Shown: positions 28,947-38,724, counted from the first letter of the stretch. The stretch: 64,000 bases of DNA from an uncultured Streptococcus sp. (GCF_963545685.1 NZ_CAUUKN010000004.1:5439-69438); one strand, 5' to 3'. Notes: a model not told the origin generated them from the sequence alone. Made by a program: numbers and translations.

Positions 28947-30368
28947 ATGGAAAAGTTTTTCAAATTAAAAGAGCATGGTACTGATGTTCGTACAGAGGTT
29001 ACAGCAGGTTTGACAACCTTCTTTGCCATGTCTTATATCCTCTTTGTCAACCCATCTATGTTAGCCCAGACTGGTATGCCTGCTCAAGGTGTGTTCTTGG
29101 CTACCATCATTGGAGCAGTTGCAGGGACATTGATGATGGCTTTTTATGCTAACCTACCTTATGCTCAAGCGCCTGGTATGGGACTCAATGCCTTCTTCAC
29201 CTACACAGTGGTCTTTTCTTTGGGATACACCTGGCAAGAAGCCTTAGCAATGGTCTTTTTGTGTGGTGTTATTTCATTGATTATCACAGTTACTAAAGTA
29301 CGTAAGATGATTATTGAGTCTATTCCGACAGTACTTAAGTCTGCTATTTCAGCAGGTATTGGTATTTTCCTTGCCTATGTAGGTATTAAAAATGCAGGTT
29401 TCTTGAAATTTGCAATTGATCCAGGTACTTATACTGTAAGCGGAAAGGGAGCTGACATGGCTCAAGCTTCAATTACAGCTTCATCAGCTGCTACACCTGG
29501 CTTGGTAGCTTTCAATAATCCAACTGTTATTGTTGGTTTGATAGGTCTTGCAGTTGCGATTTTCTTTATTGTTAAGGGAATTCGAGGAGGTGTCCTCCTT
29601 TCAATTATTGTAACAACTGTTATCGCAATTTTTGCTGGTGTAGTTGACCTTGGTAGTATTGACTGGCATGCTGCTAGTTTGACTGCTTCTATTAAGGATT
29701 TAGGGCAAGTCTTTGGTGTAGCGCTGGGTTCTAAAGGTTTGGGTTCTCTCTTCTCAGATGTGTCACGTTTGCCAGGTGTCTTTATGGCTATTCTTGCCTT
29801 CTCATTGACTGATATCTTTGATACTATTGGTACTTTGATTGGTACTGGTGAGAAGGTTGGTATCATCGCTTCAACAGGTGATAACAATGAATCTAAAGCT
29901 CTTGACCGCGGCCTTTACTCTGACCTCGTTGGTACAAGTATTGGTGCCATTGCTGGGACTTCAAACGTTACAACTTACGTTGAATCTGCAGCAGGTATTG
30001 GTGCTGGTGGACGTACTGGTTTGACAGCTCTTGTGGTTGCAGTACTCTTTGCGATTTCAAGTTTCTTTAGCCCACTTGTGTCAATTGTTCCTAGTGCAGC
30101 AACTGCACCTATTCTTATCATTGTAGGTATTATGATGCTCTCTAACCTTAAGAGTGTGGATTGGGAAGACTTGTCTGAAGCAATTCCTGCCTTCTTCACT
30201 TCTATTTTTATGGGGTTCTCATATAGCATTACCTATGGTATCGCAGCTGGCTTCCTTACTTATACTTTGGTGAAAATTGTCAAAGGTCAAGCAAAAGAAG
30301 TTCACCTTGTTATGTGGATTTTGGATATCTTGTTTATCCTTAATTTCATTAGCATGGCTGTGCTCTAA
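28947..30368 (+). CDS. NCS2/AzgA-family purine permease (guanine/hypoxanthine or adenine type)
   Basis: 473 aa. N-terminus FKLKEHGTDVRTEVTAGLTTFFAMSYILFVNP is typical of PbuG/PbuO-like permeases. A PurBox lies upstream. Confidence 0.85.
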   Translation: MEKFFKLKEHGTDVRTEVTAGLTTFFAMSYILFVNPSMLAQTGMPAQGVFLATIIGAVAGTLMMAFYANLPYAQAPGMGLNAFFTYTVVFSLGYTWQEALAMVFLCGVISLIITVTKVRKMIIESIPTVLKSAISAGIGIFLAYVGIKNAGFLKFAIDPGTYTVSGKGADMAQASITASSAATPGLVAFNNPTVIVGLIGLAVAIFFIVKGIRGGVLLSIIVTTVIAIFAGVVDLGSIDWHAASLTASIKDLGQVFGVALGSKGLGSLFSDVSRLPGVFMAILAFSLTDIFDTIGTLIGTGEKVGIIASTGDNNESKALDRGLYSDLVGTSIGAIAGTSNVTTYVESAAGIGAGGRTGLTALVVAVLFAISSFFSPLVSIVPSAATAPILIIVGIMMLSNLKSVDWEDLSEAIPAFFTSIFMGFSYSITYGIAAGFLTYTLVKIVKGQAKEVHLVMWILDILFILNFISMAVL

Positions 30369-30379
30369 TATTTATAAGC

Positions 30380-30410
30380 AAAAAAGTCTGTCATATTGTC
30401 AGGCTTTTTT
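30380..30410 (+). terminator. Terminator after the purine permease gene
   Basis: aaaaaGTCTGtCA tat TGtCAGgCtttttt, imperfect stem plus T-run. Confidence 0.65.
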
Positions 30411-30628
30411 AGTCCTTTTTTTCGTATGATGATTCGATGTTTACTTTTACGACTGCTTTAAGTTAAGATTGGGGTTTTAATGGACATATTAACCTTATAA
30501 AAGTTTAATATAATGTAAGTAAGTGTTAGATTAAGAGGTATGTTATAACTAAATCGGTCTTGCTATCTCAATATTTATAAGCTTTTGATGTATTTTTACA
30601 GTGGATTATAGTCCAGATTTTTATTTTT

Positions 30629-30637
30629 TGATATAAT
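30629..30637 (+). promoter_or_regulatory. Extended -10 TGaTATAAT directly upstream of tsaE ATG
   Basis: TATAAT is at 30632-30637. The A of the ATG (30644) is the 7th nt downstream. There is no SD. Confidence 0.5.
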
Positions 30638-30643
30638 GAAAAT

Positions 30644-31087
30644 ATGATTTACAGTCAAAATGAAGAGGAATTGATTAGCATAGGCCAAAAGCTAGGTCGA
30701 TTGCTCAATTCTGGAGATATAATTGTTCTCTCAGGTGATCTGGGGGCTGGCAAAACTACTTTAACTAAGGGAATTGCTAAAGGTTTGAATGTTTCTCAGA
30801 TGATCAAGAGCCCGACCTATACTATTGTTAGAGAATATGAGGGGCGTTTGCCGCTATATCATTTAGATGTTTATCGTATTGGTGATGATCCAGATTCTAT
30901 TGACTTAGATGATTTTCTATACGGTGACGGTGTGACGATTATCGAGTGGGGAGAACTCTTAGATGAAAGTCTCCTGGGAGACTATCTCTTAATTTCGATA
31001 ACTCATCATGGTGATGGTCGTCAACTGCTTCTGGAATCTTTTGGTCCTAGAAGTAAAGAAATCCAGGAGGAGATAGCAAGTGGCTGA
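30644..31087 (+). CDS. tsaE: tRNA t6A37 biosynthesis ATPase TsaE
   Basis: 147 aa. Walker A GDLGAGKTT and SPTYTI motif. Confidence 0.85.
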   Translation: MIYSQNEEELISIGQKLGRLLNSGDIIVLSGDLGAGKTTLTKGIAKGLNVSQMIKSPTYTIVREYEGRLPLYHLDVYRIGDDPDSIDLDDFLYGDGVTIIEWGELLDESLLGDYLLISITHHGDGRQLLLESFGPRSKEIQEEIASG

Positions 31088-31601
31088 GTACGAATTAGTC
31101 ATTGAGGAAGCCCAGAGAGAGGATTGCGTATCCTTAGCACAATTACTAGAGACGGTAGCTCTAGAGTCAGATTTTTTGGCTCAGGATGCTAGGAGCTCTG
31201 TACTCAATGCCGAACAGTTAGCCTCCTATATTGATAGCCGTCAGGGTGTCCCGAATGAGATTTGTTTAGTCGCAAAATTGGATCAGGAGGTCATTGGTGT
31301 TTGTAATGTTACTTCTGATCAAGACACGAAGACCAGTCATATCGGTGATGTTTTTATTGCGGTTGCCAAACCCTATTGGGGTAATGGTATTGGTCAGTTT
31401 CTTATGGAAACAATGCTTGACTGGGCAGACAACACACCAGCTATCCGTCGCTTAGAGTTGACTGTTCAAGCACGCAATGAACGGGCAGTACATCTCTATC
31501 AAAAATTTGGATTTGATATTGAAGGCACTAAGAAACGTGGTGCTAGAACTAAAAATGGAGAATTTCTAGATGTTTACCTGATGGCTAAACTCATAGATTA
31601 G
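31080..31601 (+). CDS. GNAT family N-acetyltransferase
   Basis: 173 aa. GTG start with SD ccaggagg. Acetyl-CoA motif region (WGNGIGQFLM). Confidence 0.8.
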   Translation: MAEYELVIEEAQREDCVSLAQLLETVALESDFLAQDARSSVLNAEQLASYIDSRQGVPNEICLVAKLDQEVIGVCNVTSDQDTKTSHIGDVFIAVAKPYWGNGIGQFLMETMLDWADNTPAIRRLELTVQARNERAVHLYQKFGFDIEGTKKRGARTKNGEFLDVYLMAKLID

Positions 31602-31610
31602 GAAAAAAAC

Positions 31611-32870
31611 ATGAAACTTGGACGAAAAATTTTATTGATGTTGTTGGCGATTTTTGCCACGACAGTAGTAGCTGCTGGTATTTACCTAACGACAACTTAC
31701 AATTATGCCACAGGCGAATTGTCAAAAACCTTTAAAGCTTCAAAGGCAACGTCAGGGAATAGTAAGGCCATTCAACAGACAAAGCCTATAACTATTCTTT
31801 TGATGGGTGTGGATACAGGATCCGAAGAACGTAAGGAAACCTGGGAAGGAAATTCTGATACCATGATTTTGGTAACGGTAAACCCTAAGACTAAGAGAAC
31901 TACCATGACCAGTTTGGAACGTGACCTTTTGACAGATATTGAGGGATCGGGTGAAGCAAAACTAAACTCAGCCTATGCCGAGGGTGGGGCTGACTTAGCT
32001 ATTTCAACCATTCAAAAGGTTTTAGATATTGATATTGACTACTATGCACTGATTAATATGCAGGGTATGATTGATTTGGTGGATGCCGTAGGTGGTATCG
32101 AGGTAACGAATCATTTTGATTTCCCAATTTCGATTGCAGAAAACGAACCAGAATTTCAGGCGAAAGTAGAGCCTGGAACCCATAAGATCAATGGAGAACA
32201 GGCCTTAGTGTATTCACGTATGCGTTATGATGATCCCGATGGTGACTACGGTCGTCAAAAACGTCAACGTGAGGTTATTCAAAAGATTGTGGCTAAGCTC
32301 TTGAAGATGGATTCGATAGGTTCTTATAAGAAAATTTTGTCTGCTGTCAGTTCTAACGTACAAACAAGTATCGATCTTGGTGATAGCGATACTCTGCGTA
32401 GCTTGATGGGTTATAGCGATGCTCTTAAAAATATTAAGTCATACCAATTGGCTGGCTCGGATGCTATGATTAATGGTGGAAGCTATCAGGTGGCCTCAAC
32501 TGAGGATATCCTTAAGGTGCAAAACCGCATTAAGAAGGAAGTTGGCAAGAAGGAAGTTTCTGAATCTCAACTTCAGACCAGTCTGGTACTCTATGGTTCT
32601 GGAACTTCTAGCTATGGTTCAGATGATTTCGTTAACTCTAAAGGAAGTGCGGCTTCGAGTGAAGTATCTGGAAGTTATGAGGTGGGACCATCTGAGGCAA
32701 CAGGTGGTGGATCAAGTACTTACAACGGAGGGGGTTACTACAGCAATAACTACAGCAATAACTACAGCAATAACTACGGCAATAACTACAGCAATAACTA
32801 CGGCAATAACTACGGCAATAACTACAGCAATAACTACAGTGATAATACTGGTAATTATGTTCAGGATTAA
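31611..32870 (+). CDS. LytR-CpsA-Psr (LCP) family cell-wall glycopolymer ligase with low-complexity (YSNN)n tail
   Basis: 419 aa. N-terminal TM anchor, LCP core (ILLMGVDTG...NSDTMILVTVNP...LERD), and a C-terminal Y/S/G/N repeat. Confidence 0.85.
   Translation: MKLGRKILLMLLAIFATTVVAAGIYLTTTYNYATGELSKTFKASKATSGNSKAIQQTKPITILLMGVDTGSEERKETWEGNSDTMILVTVNPKTKRTTMTSLERDLLTDIEGSGEAKLNSAYAEGGADLAISTIQKVLDIDIDYYALINMQGMIDLVDAVGGIEVTNHFDFPISIAENEPEFQAKVEPGTHKINGEQALVYSRMRYDDPDGDYGRQKRQREVIQKIVAKLLKMDSIGSYKKILSAVSSNVQTSIDLGDSDTLRSLMGYSDALKNIKSYQLAGSDAMINGGSYQVASTEDILKVQNRIKKEVGKKEVSESQLQTSLVLYGSGTSSYGSDDFVNSKGSAASSEVSGSYEVGPSEATGGGSSTYNGGGYYSNNYSNNYSNNYGNNYSNNYGNNYGNNYSNNYSDNTGNYVQD
32739..32846 (+). 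repeat. In-frame 12-bp tandem repeat, 9 units (tacagcaataac / tacggcaataac variants) encoding (Y-S/G-N-N)9
   Basis: Counted directly: units start at 32739, 32751, 32763, 32775, 32787, 32799, 32811, 32823 and 32835. The last unit is degenerate (tacagtgataat). Confidence 0.95.
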
Positions 32871-32948
32871 GGTACCACAGCTCCTACATACAATTATAAT
32901 GGTTCAGGTGTAACTACTTATAGCACGGTTCCAGCAGCACAATAGAAA

Positions 32949-32973
32949 GGTTGGGAGACTCCCGGCCTTTTTT
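32949..32973 (+). terminator. Terminator after the LCP gene region
   Basis: GGTTGGG agact CCCGGCC plus TTTTTT. It lies just after the second in-frame stop (32943-32945), not after the first (32868-32870). Confidence 0.7.
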
Positions 32974-32992
32974 GCTGTCATATGGTTATTCC

Positions 32993-33021
32993 TTGCAATG
33001 GTTTTTAACCTATGCTATAAT
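32993..33021 (+). promoter_or_regulatory. rimP-nusA-infB operon promoter TTGCAA-17-TATAAT
   Basis: TTGCAA at 32993-32998. TATAAT at 33016-33021. Confidence 0.65.
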
Positions 33022-33037
33022 ATAGGAAAATAACGAA

Positions 33038-33074
33038 AGAGAGGCGGAGTAGAAACTTCGTCTCTTGTGTGTGT
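33038..33074 (+). promoter_or_regulatory. Leader hairpin with interrupted U-tract (candidate NusA-dependent attenuator)
   Basis: AGAGA(GG)CGGAG tagaaa CTTCGTCTCT pairs with a 2-nt bulge and is followed by TGTGTGTGT. It sits between the promoter and the rimP SD. Confidence 0.4.
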
Positions 33075-33086
33075 AAGGAGGTCATA

Positions 33087-33560
33087 ATGTCGCAAAAAAT
33101 TATTGATCTCGTGACGGCTGTCGTAGCTCCAGCAATTCCTGAGCCATACGAATTGGTCGATATCGAGTATGAAAAACTTGGCGGTGACTATGTCTTATCA
33201 GTTTTGATTGATAAGCCAGGTGGAATTACCGTTGAGGATACTGCAGACCTGACTGAAATCATCAGTCCCCTCTTGGATACTATTCAGCCTGACCCTTTCC
33301 CGGATCAATACATGTTGGAAGTGTCTAGCCCTGGGTTAGAGCGTCCCTTGAAGACTAAAGAAGCTTTGAAGAATGCTGTTGGTCAGTATATCAATGTTAG
33401 TCTTTATAAGGCTATTGATAAGATCAAGATATTCCAAGGTGACTTGGTGGCCTTTGATGGCGAAACTCTAACAATTGATTATCTTGATAAGACTCGCCAT
33501 AAGACTGTTGAGATTCCCTATCAAACAGTTGCTAAAGCTCGTTTGGCAGTCAAACTCTAA
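33087..33560 (+). CDS. rimP: Ribosome maturation factor RimP
   Basis: Starts at MSQKIIDLV with SD aaggagg. First gene of the conserved rimP-nusA-infB operon. Confidence 0.9.
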   Translation: MSQKIIDLVTAVVAPAIPEPYELVDIEYEKLGGDYVLSVLIDKPGGITVEDTADLTEIISPLLDTIQPDPFPDQYMLEVSSPGLERPLKTKEALKNAVGQYINVSLYKAIDKIKIFQGDLVAFDGETLTIDYLDKTRHKTVEIPYQTVAKARLAVKL

Positions 33561-33625
33561 AACTCTTAGTGTAAATAAAGAAAGGATGCCAGTTTTGGCC
33601 CTTAAAGGCTAAAACGACAAAGAAT

Positions 33626-34813
33626 ATGAGCAAAGAAATGCTAGAAGCCTTCCGTGTCTTGGAAGAAGAAAAACACATTAACAAGGAAGACATCATCGAT
33701 GCTGTAGTTGAATCACTTAAATCAGCTTATAAGCGTCGTTATGGTCAGTCTGAATCAGCAGTAGTTGAATTTAATGAAAAAACAGGTGATTTTCAAGTTT
33801 TTACCGTTCGTGAAGTTGTAGACGAAGTCTTCGATAGTCGTTTGGAAATTAGCTTGAAAGATGCGCTTGCTATTAGCTCAGCTTACGAGCTTGGTGACAA
33901 GATTCGCTTTGAAGAGTCAGTCGACGAATTTGGTCGTGTCGCAGCTCAATCTGCTAAACAAACGATTATGGAAAAAATGCGTAAGCAAATGCGTGAGATT
34001 ACCTATAATGATTATAAGCAACATGAAGGTGAAATCATGCAAGGAACAGTTGAACGCTTTGACCAACGTTTCATTTATGTTAATCTTGGAACGCTCGAAG
34101 CTCAATTGTCACGCCAAGACCAAATTCCTGGAGAAAGTTTTAAGTCACACGACGTCATCGATGTTTATGTTTATAAAGTTGAAAACAACCCTAAAGGTGT
34201 CAACGTCTTTGTAAGCCGTAGCCACCCAGAATTCATCAAACGTATCATGGAACAAGAAATTCCGGAAGTATTTGATGGAACTGTAGAAATCATGAGCGTG
34301 TCTCGTGAAGCAGGTGATCGTACTAAGGTTGCTGTTCGTAGCCATAATCCTAACGTTGATGCTATTGGTACTATCGTTGGTCGTGGTGGAAGCAACATCA
34401 AGAAAGTTGTCAGCCGTTTCCACCCAACACGTTTGGATGCTAAGACAGGTATTGAGGTTCCTGTTGAGGAAAATATTGATGTTATTCAATGGGTTGAAGA
34501 TCCAGCTGAATTTATCTACAATGCTATTGCACCAGCTGAAGTGGACTATGTTCTCTTCGACGAAGATGACAGCAAACGTGCGACAGTAGTTGTACCAGAT
34601 AACAAATTGTCTCTTGCAATTGGTCGTCGTGGACAAAACGTTCGTTTGGCAGCGCACTTGACCGGCTACCGTATTGATATCAAGTCAGCTTCTGAATATG
34701 AAGCACTAGAAGCTGAACAAGCTGAGGCTGAAGTGGATGAAGTTGTCGAAGAAATCGTTGCAGAAACTACACCTGTAGAAGTAACAACGGAAGAAGCACC
34801 AGAAGCAGAATAA
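33626..34813 (+). CDS. nusA: Transcription termination/antitermination factor NusA
   Basis: 395 aa. S1 and two KH regions (GRGGSNIKK, IGRRGQNVRL) and an acidic tail. Confidence 0.95.
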   Translation: MSKEMLEAFRVLEEEKHINKEDIIDAVVESLKSAYKRRYGQSESAVVEFNEKTGDFQVFTVREVVDEVFDSRLEISLKDALAISSAYELGDKIRFEESVDEFGRVAAQSAKQTIMEKMRKQMREITYNDYKQHEGEIMQGTVERFDQRFIYVNLGTLEAQLSRQDQIPGESFKSHDVIDVYVYKVENNPKGVNVFVSRSHPEFIKRIMEQEIPEVFDGTVEIMSVSREAGDRTKVAVRSHNPNVDAIGTIVGRGGSNIKKVVSRFHPTRLDAKTGIEVPVEENIDVIQWVEDPAEFIYNAIAPAEVDYVLFDEDDSKRATVVVPDNKLSLAIGRRGQNVRLAAHLTGYRIDIKSASEYEALEAEQAEAEVDEVVEEIVAETTPVEVTTEEAPEAE

Positions 34814-34833
34814 GAAGAAAATAGAGGTGTTTG

Positions 34834-35130
34834 ATGGCTAAAACACGAAAAATACCTTTACGAAAATCAGTTGTCTCAGGAGAAATCATCGATAAACGTG
34901 ATTTGCTCCGCATTGTAAAAACTAAAGATGGTGAAATTTTTATTGATCCAACTGGAAAGAAAAATGGGCGGGGCGCCTACATTAAATTGGATAATGAGGA
35001 AGCCCTTCAAGCTAAAAAGAAACAAGCTTTCAATCATAGCTTTTCCATGGATGTTCCTGAAAGTTTTTACGATGAACTCATTGCTTATGTGGATCACAAG
35101 GTCAAAAGAAGAGAGTTAGGTCTTGAATAA
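34834..35130 (+). CDS. ylxR: YlxR (DUF448) RNA-binding protein
   Basis: About 98 aa. GRGAY motif and conserved position after nusA. ATG 34834 with SD agaggtg. Confidence 0.85.
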   Translation: MAKTRKIPLRKSVVSGEIIDKRDLLRIVKTKDGEIFIDPTGKKNGRGAYIKLDNEEALQAKKKQAFNHSFSMDVPESFYDELIAYVDHKVKRRELGLE

Positions 35131-35425
35131 CACAGAAAAATTGTCAAATATGTTGGGACTAGCACAAAGAGCTGGAAAGCTTATTTCTGGCGAAGAACTT
35201 GTCATCAAGGCAGTTCAATCAGGGCAGGCGAGACTAGTTTTTCTTGCCAATGATGCTGGTAGTAACGTGACTAAAAAGACAACTGATAAATGTAACTACT
35301 ATAATATAGAAGTCTCCACAGTGTTTAACGCACTGGAATTAAGCATGGCTATTGGTAAACCAAGAAAAACGGTTGCTGTAGTAGATGCTGGATTTTCAAA
35401 GAAAATGAGGACTCTTATGGAATAA
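35123..35425 (+). CDS. ylxQ: L7Ae-family RNA-binding protein YlxQ
   Basis: 100 aa. LGLAQRAGKLISGEE motif. TTG start overlaps the ylxR stop by 8 nt; an in-frame ATG at 35150 is the alternative. Confidence 0.8.
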   Translation: MNNTEKLSNMLGLAQRAGKLISGEELVIKAVQSGQARLVFLANDAGSNVTKKTTDKCNYYNIEVSTVFNALELSMAIGKPRKTVAVVDAGFSKKMRTLME

Positions 35426-35443
35426 AGAATAGGAGGACATCAC

Positions 35444-38275
35444 GTGTCAAAGAAACGATTATATGAAATCGCAAAAGAGGTTGGTGTAGAAAGCAAGGTT
35501 GTTGTTGCGAAAGCTCAGGAACTAGGTCTTTCTGTTAAGAGCCACTCCTCATCAGTTGAAGAAGCAGACGCTAATCGTATCACTTCAAGTTTAAAAGGGG
35601 GTACAGCTAAGGCTGAGAGTAAGCCAGCACCTAAAGCGACACCAACTCCTAAAGAGGAAAAGGTGGCGCCAAAGGTTGATAAGGTACCTGTTGCAAAATC
35701 AGCTCCTGCTAAAGAAACATCAAAGGCTGAAGTCGCCCCTGCGACTCCGAAAAAACCGCAAAGCCGTAATTTTAAGGCAGAACGAGAAGCACGCGCCAAG
35801 GCAGAAGCAGAACGTCGTAAAAATGGTGGAGGACGAGATAACCGTAATCGTAACCGAAATCAACAAGGAAACAATCAAGGTAAGCGTCACAATAATGATC
35901 GTCGCAATCAAAAAGGAAATGGTCAAGGGAACCGTAACAATGGGAACCGCGATAACAATAGTAATCGCGACCGTAATTTCCAAGGCAAACAGCGTAATGA
36001 TCAGAATCGAAATAACCGTAGCGATAATGCTCGAAACAATCAGGCAGGCCCACGTATTGACTTTAAAGCGCGTGCAGCAGCCTTGAAGGCAGAGCAAAAT
36101 GCAGAGTATTCACGTCAAAGTGAAACACGTTTCCGTGAAGAAAAAGCTGCAGAGCAACGGCGTGCAAAAGAAAAGGAAAAGGCAAGAAAAGAAAAACAAG
36201 AAGCTGAAGTAGCAGTTCAAAAGGCCGTTGCTGAAGCTAAGCCAGCTCCAAAATCAGCACCAGTGGTCGCTCAAGCAGCTCCAACTGCACAAGCACAAGA
36301 TACACGTCGTAAAAAAGCACGTCCAGATAAATCACGTGATAATCGTCGCGAGAATGAAGATGGACCAAAGCAAACTAGAAATAATAAGTGGAATAATCAA
36401 AACCAAGTGAGAAATCAACGAAATAGTAACTGGAATAAGAACAAAAATAAAAAAGGTAAAAATAACCGTGGTAATTCAGCTCCAAAACCAGTAACCGAGC
36501 GTAAATTCCATGAATTACCAAAAGAATTCGAATACACTGAAGGCATGACGGTTGCAGAAATCGCAAAACGTATTAAACGTGAGCCAGCTGAAATCGTTAA
36601 GAAACTCTTCATGATGGGAGTTATGGCAACTCAAAACCAATCTCTGGACGGAGACACAATTGAGTTGTTGATGGTTGACTATGGTATTGAGGCAACTAAG
36701 AAAGAAGAAGTCGATAATGCTGATATCGAACGTTTCTTTGTTGATGAAGATTACCTCAATAAAGATGCTATGGTAGAACGTGCACCAGTTGTTACTATCA
36801 TGGGACACGTTGACCATGGTAAAACAACCCTTCTTGATACTCTCCGTAACTCACGTGTTGCTACAGGTGAAGCAGGTGGTATCACACAGCACATTGGTGC
36901 CTACCAAATTGAAGTAGATGGTAAGAAGATTACCTTCCTTGATACCCCTGGACACGCAGCCTTCACATCTATGCGTGCTCGTGGTGCCTCTGTTACAGAT
37001 ATCACTATCTTGATTGTAGCTGCGGATGATGGCGTTATGCCACAAACTATCGAAGCCATCAACCACTCTAAGGCTGCTGGTGTTCCAATCATCGTCGCTA
37101 TTAACAAGATTGATAAACCAGGTGCTAACCCAGAACGTGTTATCGGTGAATTGGCTGAGCATGGTGTCATTTCAACAGCATGGGGTGGTGATAGCGAATT
37201 CGTTGAGATTTCAGCGAAATTTGGTCAAAACATTGAGGAATTGCTTGAAACAGTTCTTCTTGTAGCGGAAGTTGAAGAACTTAAAGCTGATCCAACAGTT
37301 CGTGCCATCGGTACTGTTATCGAAGCCCGCTTGGATAAAGGCAAAGGTGCGGTTGCTACCCTTCTTGTACAACAAGGTACTTTGAATGTTCAAGATCCAA
37401 TCGTTGTTGGTAATACTTTCGGACGTGTCCGTGCTATGACCAATGATCTTGGGCGTCGTATTAAGACTGCTGCGCCTTCAACACCGGTTTCAATCACTGG
37501 TTTGAATGAAGCACCTATGGCTGGTGACCATTTTGCGGTTTATGAAGATGAAAAGGCAGCTCGTGCTGCTGGTGAAGAGCGTGCAAAACGTGCTCTTATG
37601 AAACAACGTCAACAAACACACCGTGTTAGTCTTGATAACCTCTTTGATACCCTTAAAGCTGGTGAATTGAAGACTGTTAATGTTATCATTAAGGCTGACG
37701 TACAAGGTTCTGTTGAAGCCTTGGCAGCATCTCTTCTTAAGATTGATGTTGAGGGTGTTCGTGTAAATGTTGTTCACTCGGCAGTAGGTGCTATTAACGA
37801 ATCTGATATTACGCTTGCCGAAGCTTCAGATGCTGTTGTTATCGGATTTAACGTTCGTCCTACACCACAGGCACGTCAACAAGCGGAAACTGATGAAGTT
37901 GAAATTCGTCTTCATAGCATCATTTATAAGGTTATCGAAGAAATCGAAGATGCTATGAAAGGGATGCTTGATCCTGAATTTGAAGAAAAAATCATTGGTG
38001 AAGCAGTTATCCGTGAAACCTTCAAAGTTTCTAAAGTCGGAACAATCGGTGGATTCATGGTTACTAATGGTAAAATCACTCGTGATTCAAGTGCCCGTGT
38101 CATTCGTGATGGTGTCGTTATTTTTGATGGTAAATTGGCAAGCTTGAAACACTATAAAGATGACGTTAAAGAAGTCGGAAACGCTCAAGAGGGTGGTTTG
38201 ATGATTGAAAACTATAACGATATTAAAGTTGATGACGTTATCGAAGCTTACATCATGGAAGAAATCAAACGTTAA
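35444..38275 (+). CDS. infB: Translation initiation factor IF-2
   Basis: 943 aa. GTG start 7 nt after aggagg. G-domain [22 protein letters not shown]-terminal third is K/A/N/R/Q-rich low complexity. Confidence 0.95.
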   Translation: MSKKRLYEIAKEVGVESKVVVAKAQELGLSVKSHSSSVEEADANRITSSLKGGTAKAESKPAPKATPTPKEEKVAPKVDKVPVAKSAPAKETSKAEVAPATPKKPQSRNFKAEREARAKAEAERRKNGGGRDNRNRNRNQQGNNQGKRHNNDRRNQKGNGQGNRNNGNRDNNSNRDRNFQGKQRNDQNRNNRSDNARNNQAGPRIDFKARAAALKAEQNAEYSRQSETRFREEKAAEQRRAKEKEKARKEKQEAEVAVQKAVAEAKPAPKSAPVVAQAAPTAQAQDTRRKKARPDKSRDNRRENEDGPKQTRNNKWNNQNQVRNQRNSNWNKNKNKKGKNNRGNSAPKPVTERKFHELPKEFEYTEGMTVAEIAKRIKREPAEIVKKLFMMGVMATQNQSLDGDTIELLMVDYGIEATKKEEVDNADIERFFVDEDYLNKDAMVERAPVVTIMGHVDHGKTTLLDTLRNSRVATGEAGGITQHIGAYQIEVDGKKITFLDTPGHAAFTSMRARGASVTDITILIVAADDGVMPQTIEAINHSKAAGVPIIVAINKIDKPGANPERVIGELAEHGVISTAWGGDSEFVEISAKFGQNIEELLETVLLVAEVEELKADPTVRAIGTVIEARLDKGKGAVATLLVQQGTLNVQDPIVVGNTFGRVRAMTNDLGRRIKTAAPSTPVSITGLNEAPMAGDHFAVYEDEKAARAAGEERAKRALMKQRQQTHRVSLDNLFDTLKAGELKTVNVIIKADVQGSVEALAASLLKIDVEGVRVNVVHSAVGAINESDITLAEASDAVVIGFNVRPTPQARQQAETDEVEIRLHSIIYKVIEEIEDAMKGMLDPEFEEKIIGEAVIRETFKVSKVGTIGGFMVTNGKITRDSSARVIRDGVVIFDGKLASLKHYKDDVKEVGNAQEGGLMIENYNDIKVDDVIEAYIMEEIKR

Positions 38276-38368
38276 TCACGTCAGATTTCTAAGGAAGCTT
38301 ATTTAGGAGACAAAGCTGGGTCATCTGGCCTGGCTTTTGTTCCATCATAAAAAAGAAAGGATAAGACT

Positions 38369-38722
38369 ATGGGAAATTCATTTCGTGTAGATCGTGTTGG
38401 GATGGAAATCAAACGTGAAGTCAACGAAATTCTTCAAAAGAAGGTTCGTGATCCACGTGTTCAAGATGTAACCATCACAGATGTTCAAATGCTTGGTGAT
38501 TTGTCGGCGGCTAAGGTTTTTTATACCATTCACTCTACTTTAGCGTCAGACAACCAAAAAGCGCAAACTGGTCTTGAAAAAGCGACTGGTACCATCAAGC
38601 GAGAACTTGGTAAAAATTTGACTATGTATAAGATTCCGGATTTGACCTTTATCAAGGATGAGTCTATCGAATACGGTAATAAAATTGATGAGATGCTTCG
38701 TAATTTGGAGCGTAAAGACTAA
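38369..38722 (+). CDS. rbfA: Ribosome-binding factor A
   Basis: 117 aa. RVxxxIxxEVxxIL-type N-terminus and conserved position after infB. Confidence 0.9.
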   Translation: MGNSFRVDRVGMEIKREVNEILQKKVRDPRVQDVTITDVQMLGDLSAAKVFYTIHSTLASDNQKAQTGLEKATGTIKRELGKNLTMYKIPDLTFIKDESIEYGNKIDEMLRNLERKD

Positions 38723-38724
38723 GC

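Noticed and set aside
30411-30628. 220-bp AT-rich non-coding gap searched for a small RNA, a peptide gene or a CiaR-type TTTAAG-N5-TTTAAG promoter (TTTAAGttaag at about 30465)
   Set aside because: The only ORFs are 2-11 codons without an SD. The second TTTAAG half-site is missing, and there is no convincing promoter-terminator pair.
32473-32913. 146-aa alternative-frame ORF reading the 12-bp repeat as (TTAI)n
   Set aside because: It is out of frame with the LCP domain, has no SD or independent start context, and is an artefact of the repeat being open in two frames.
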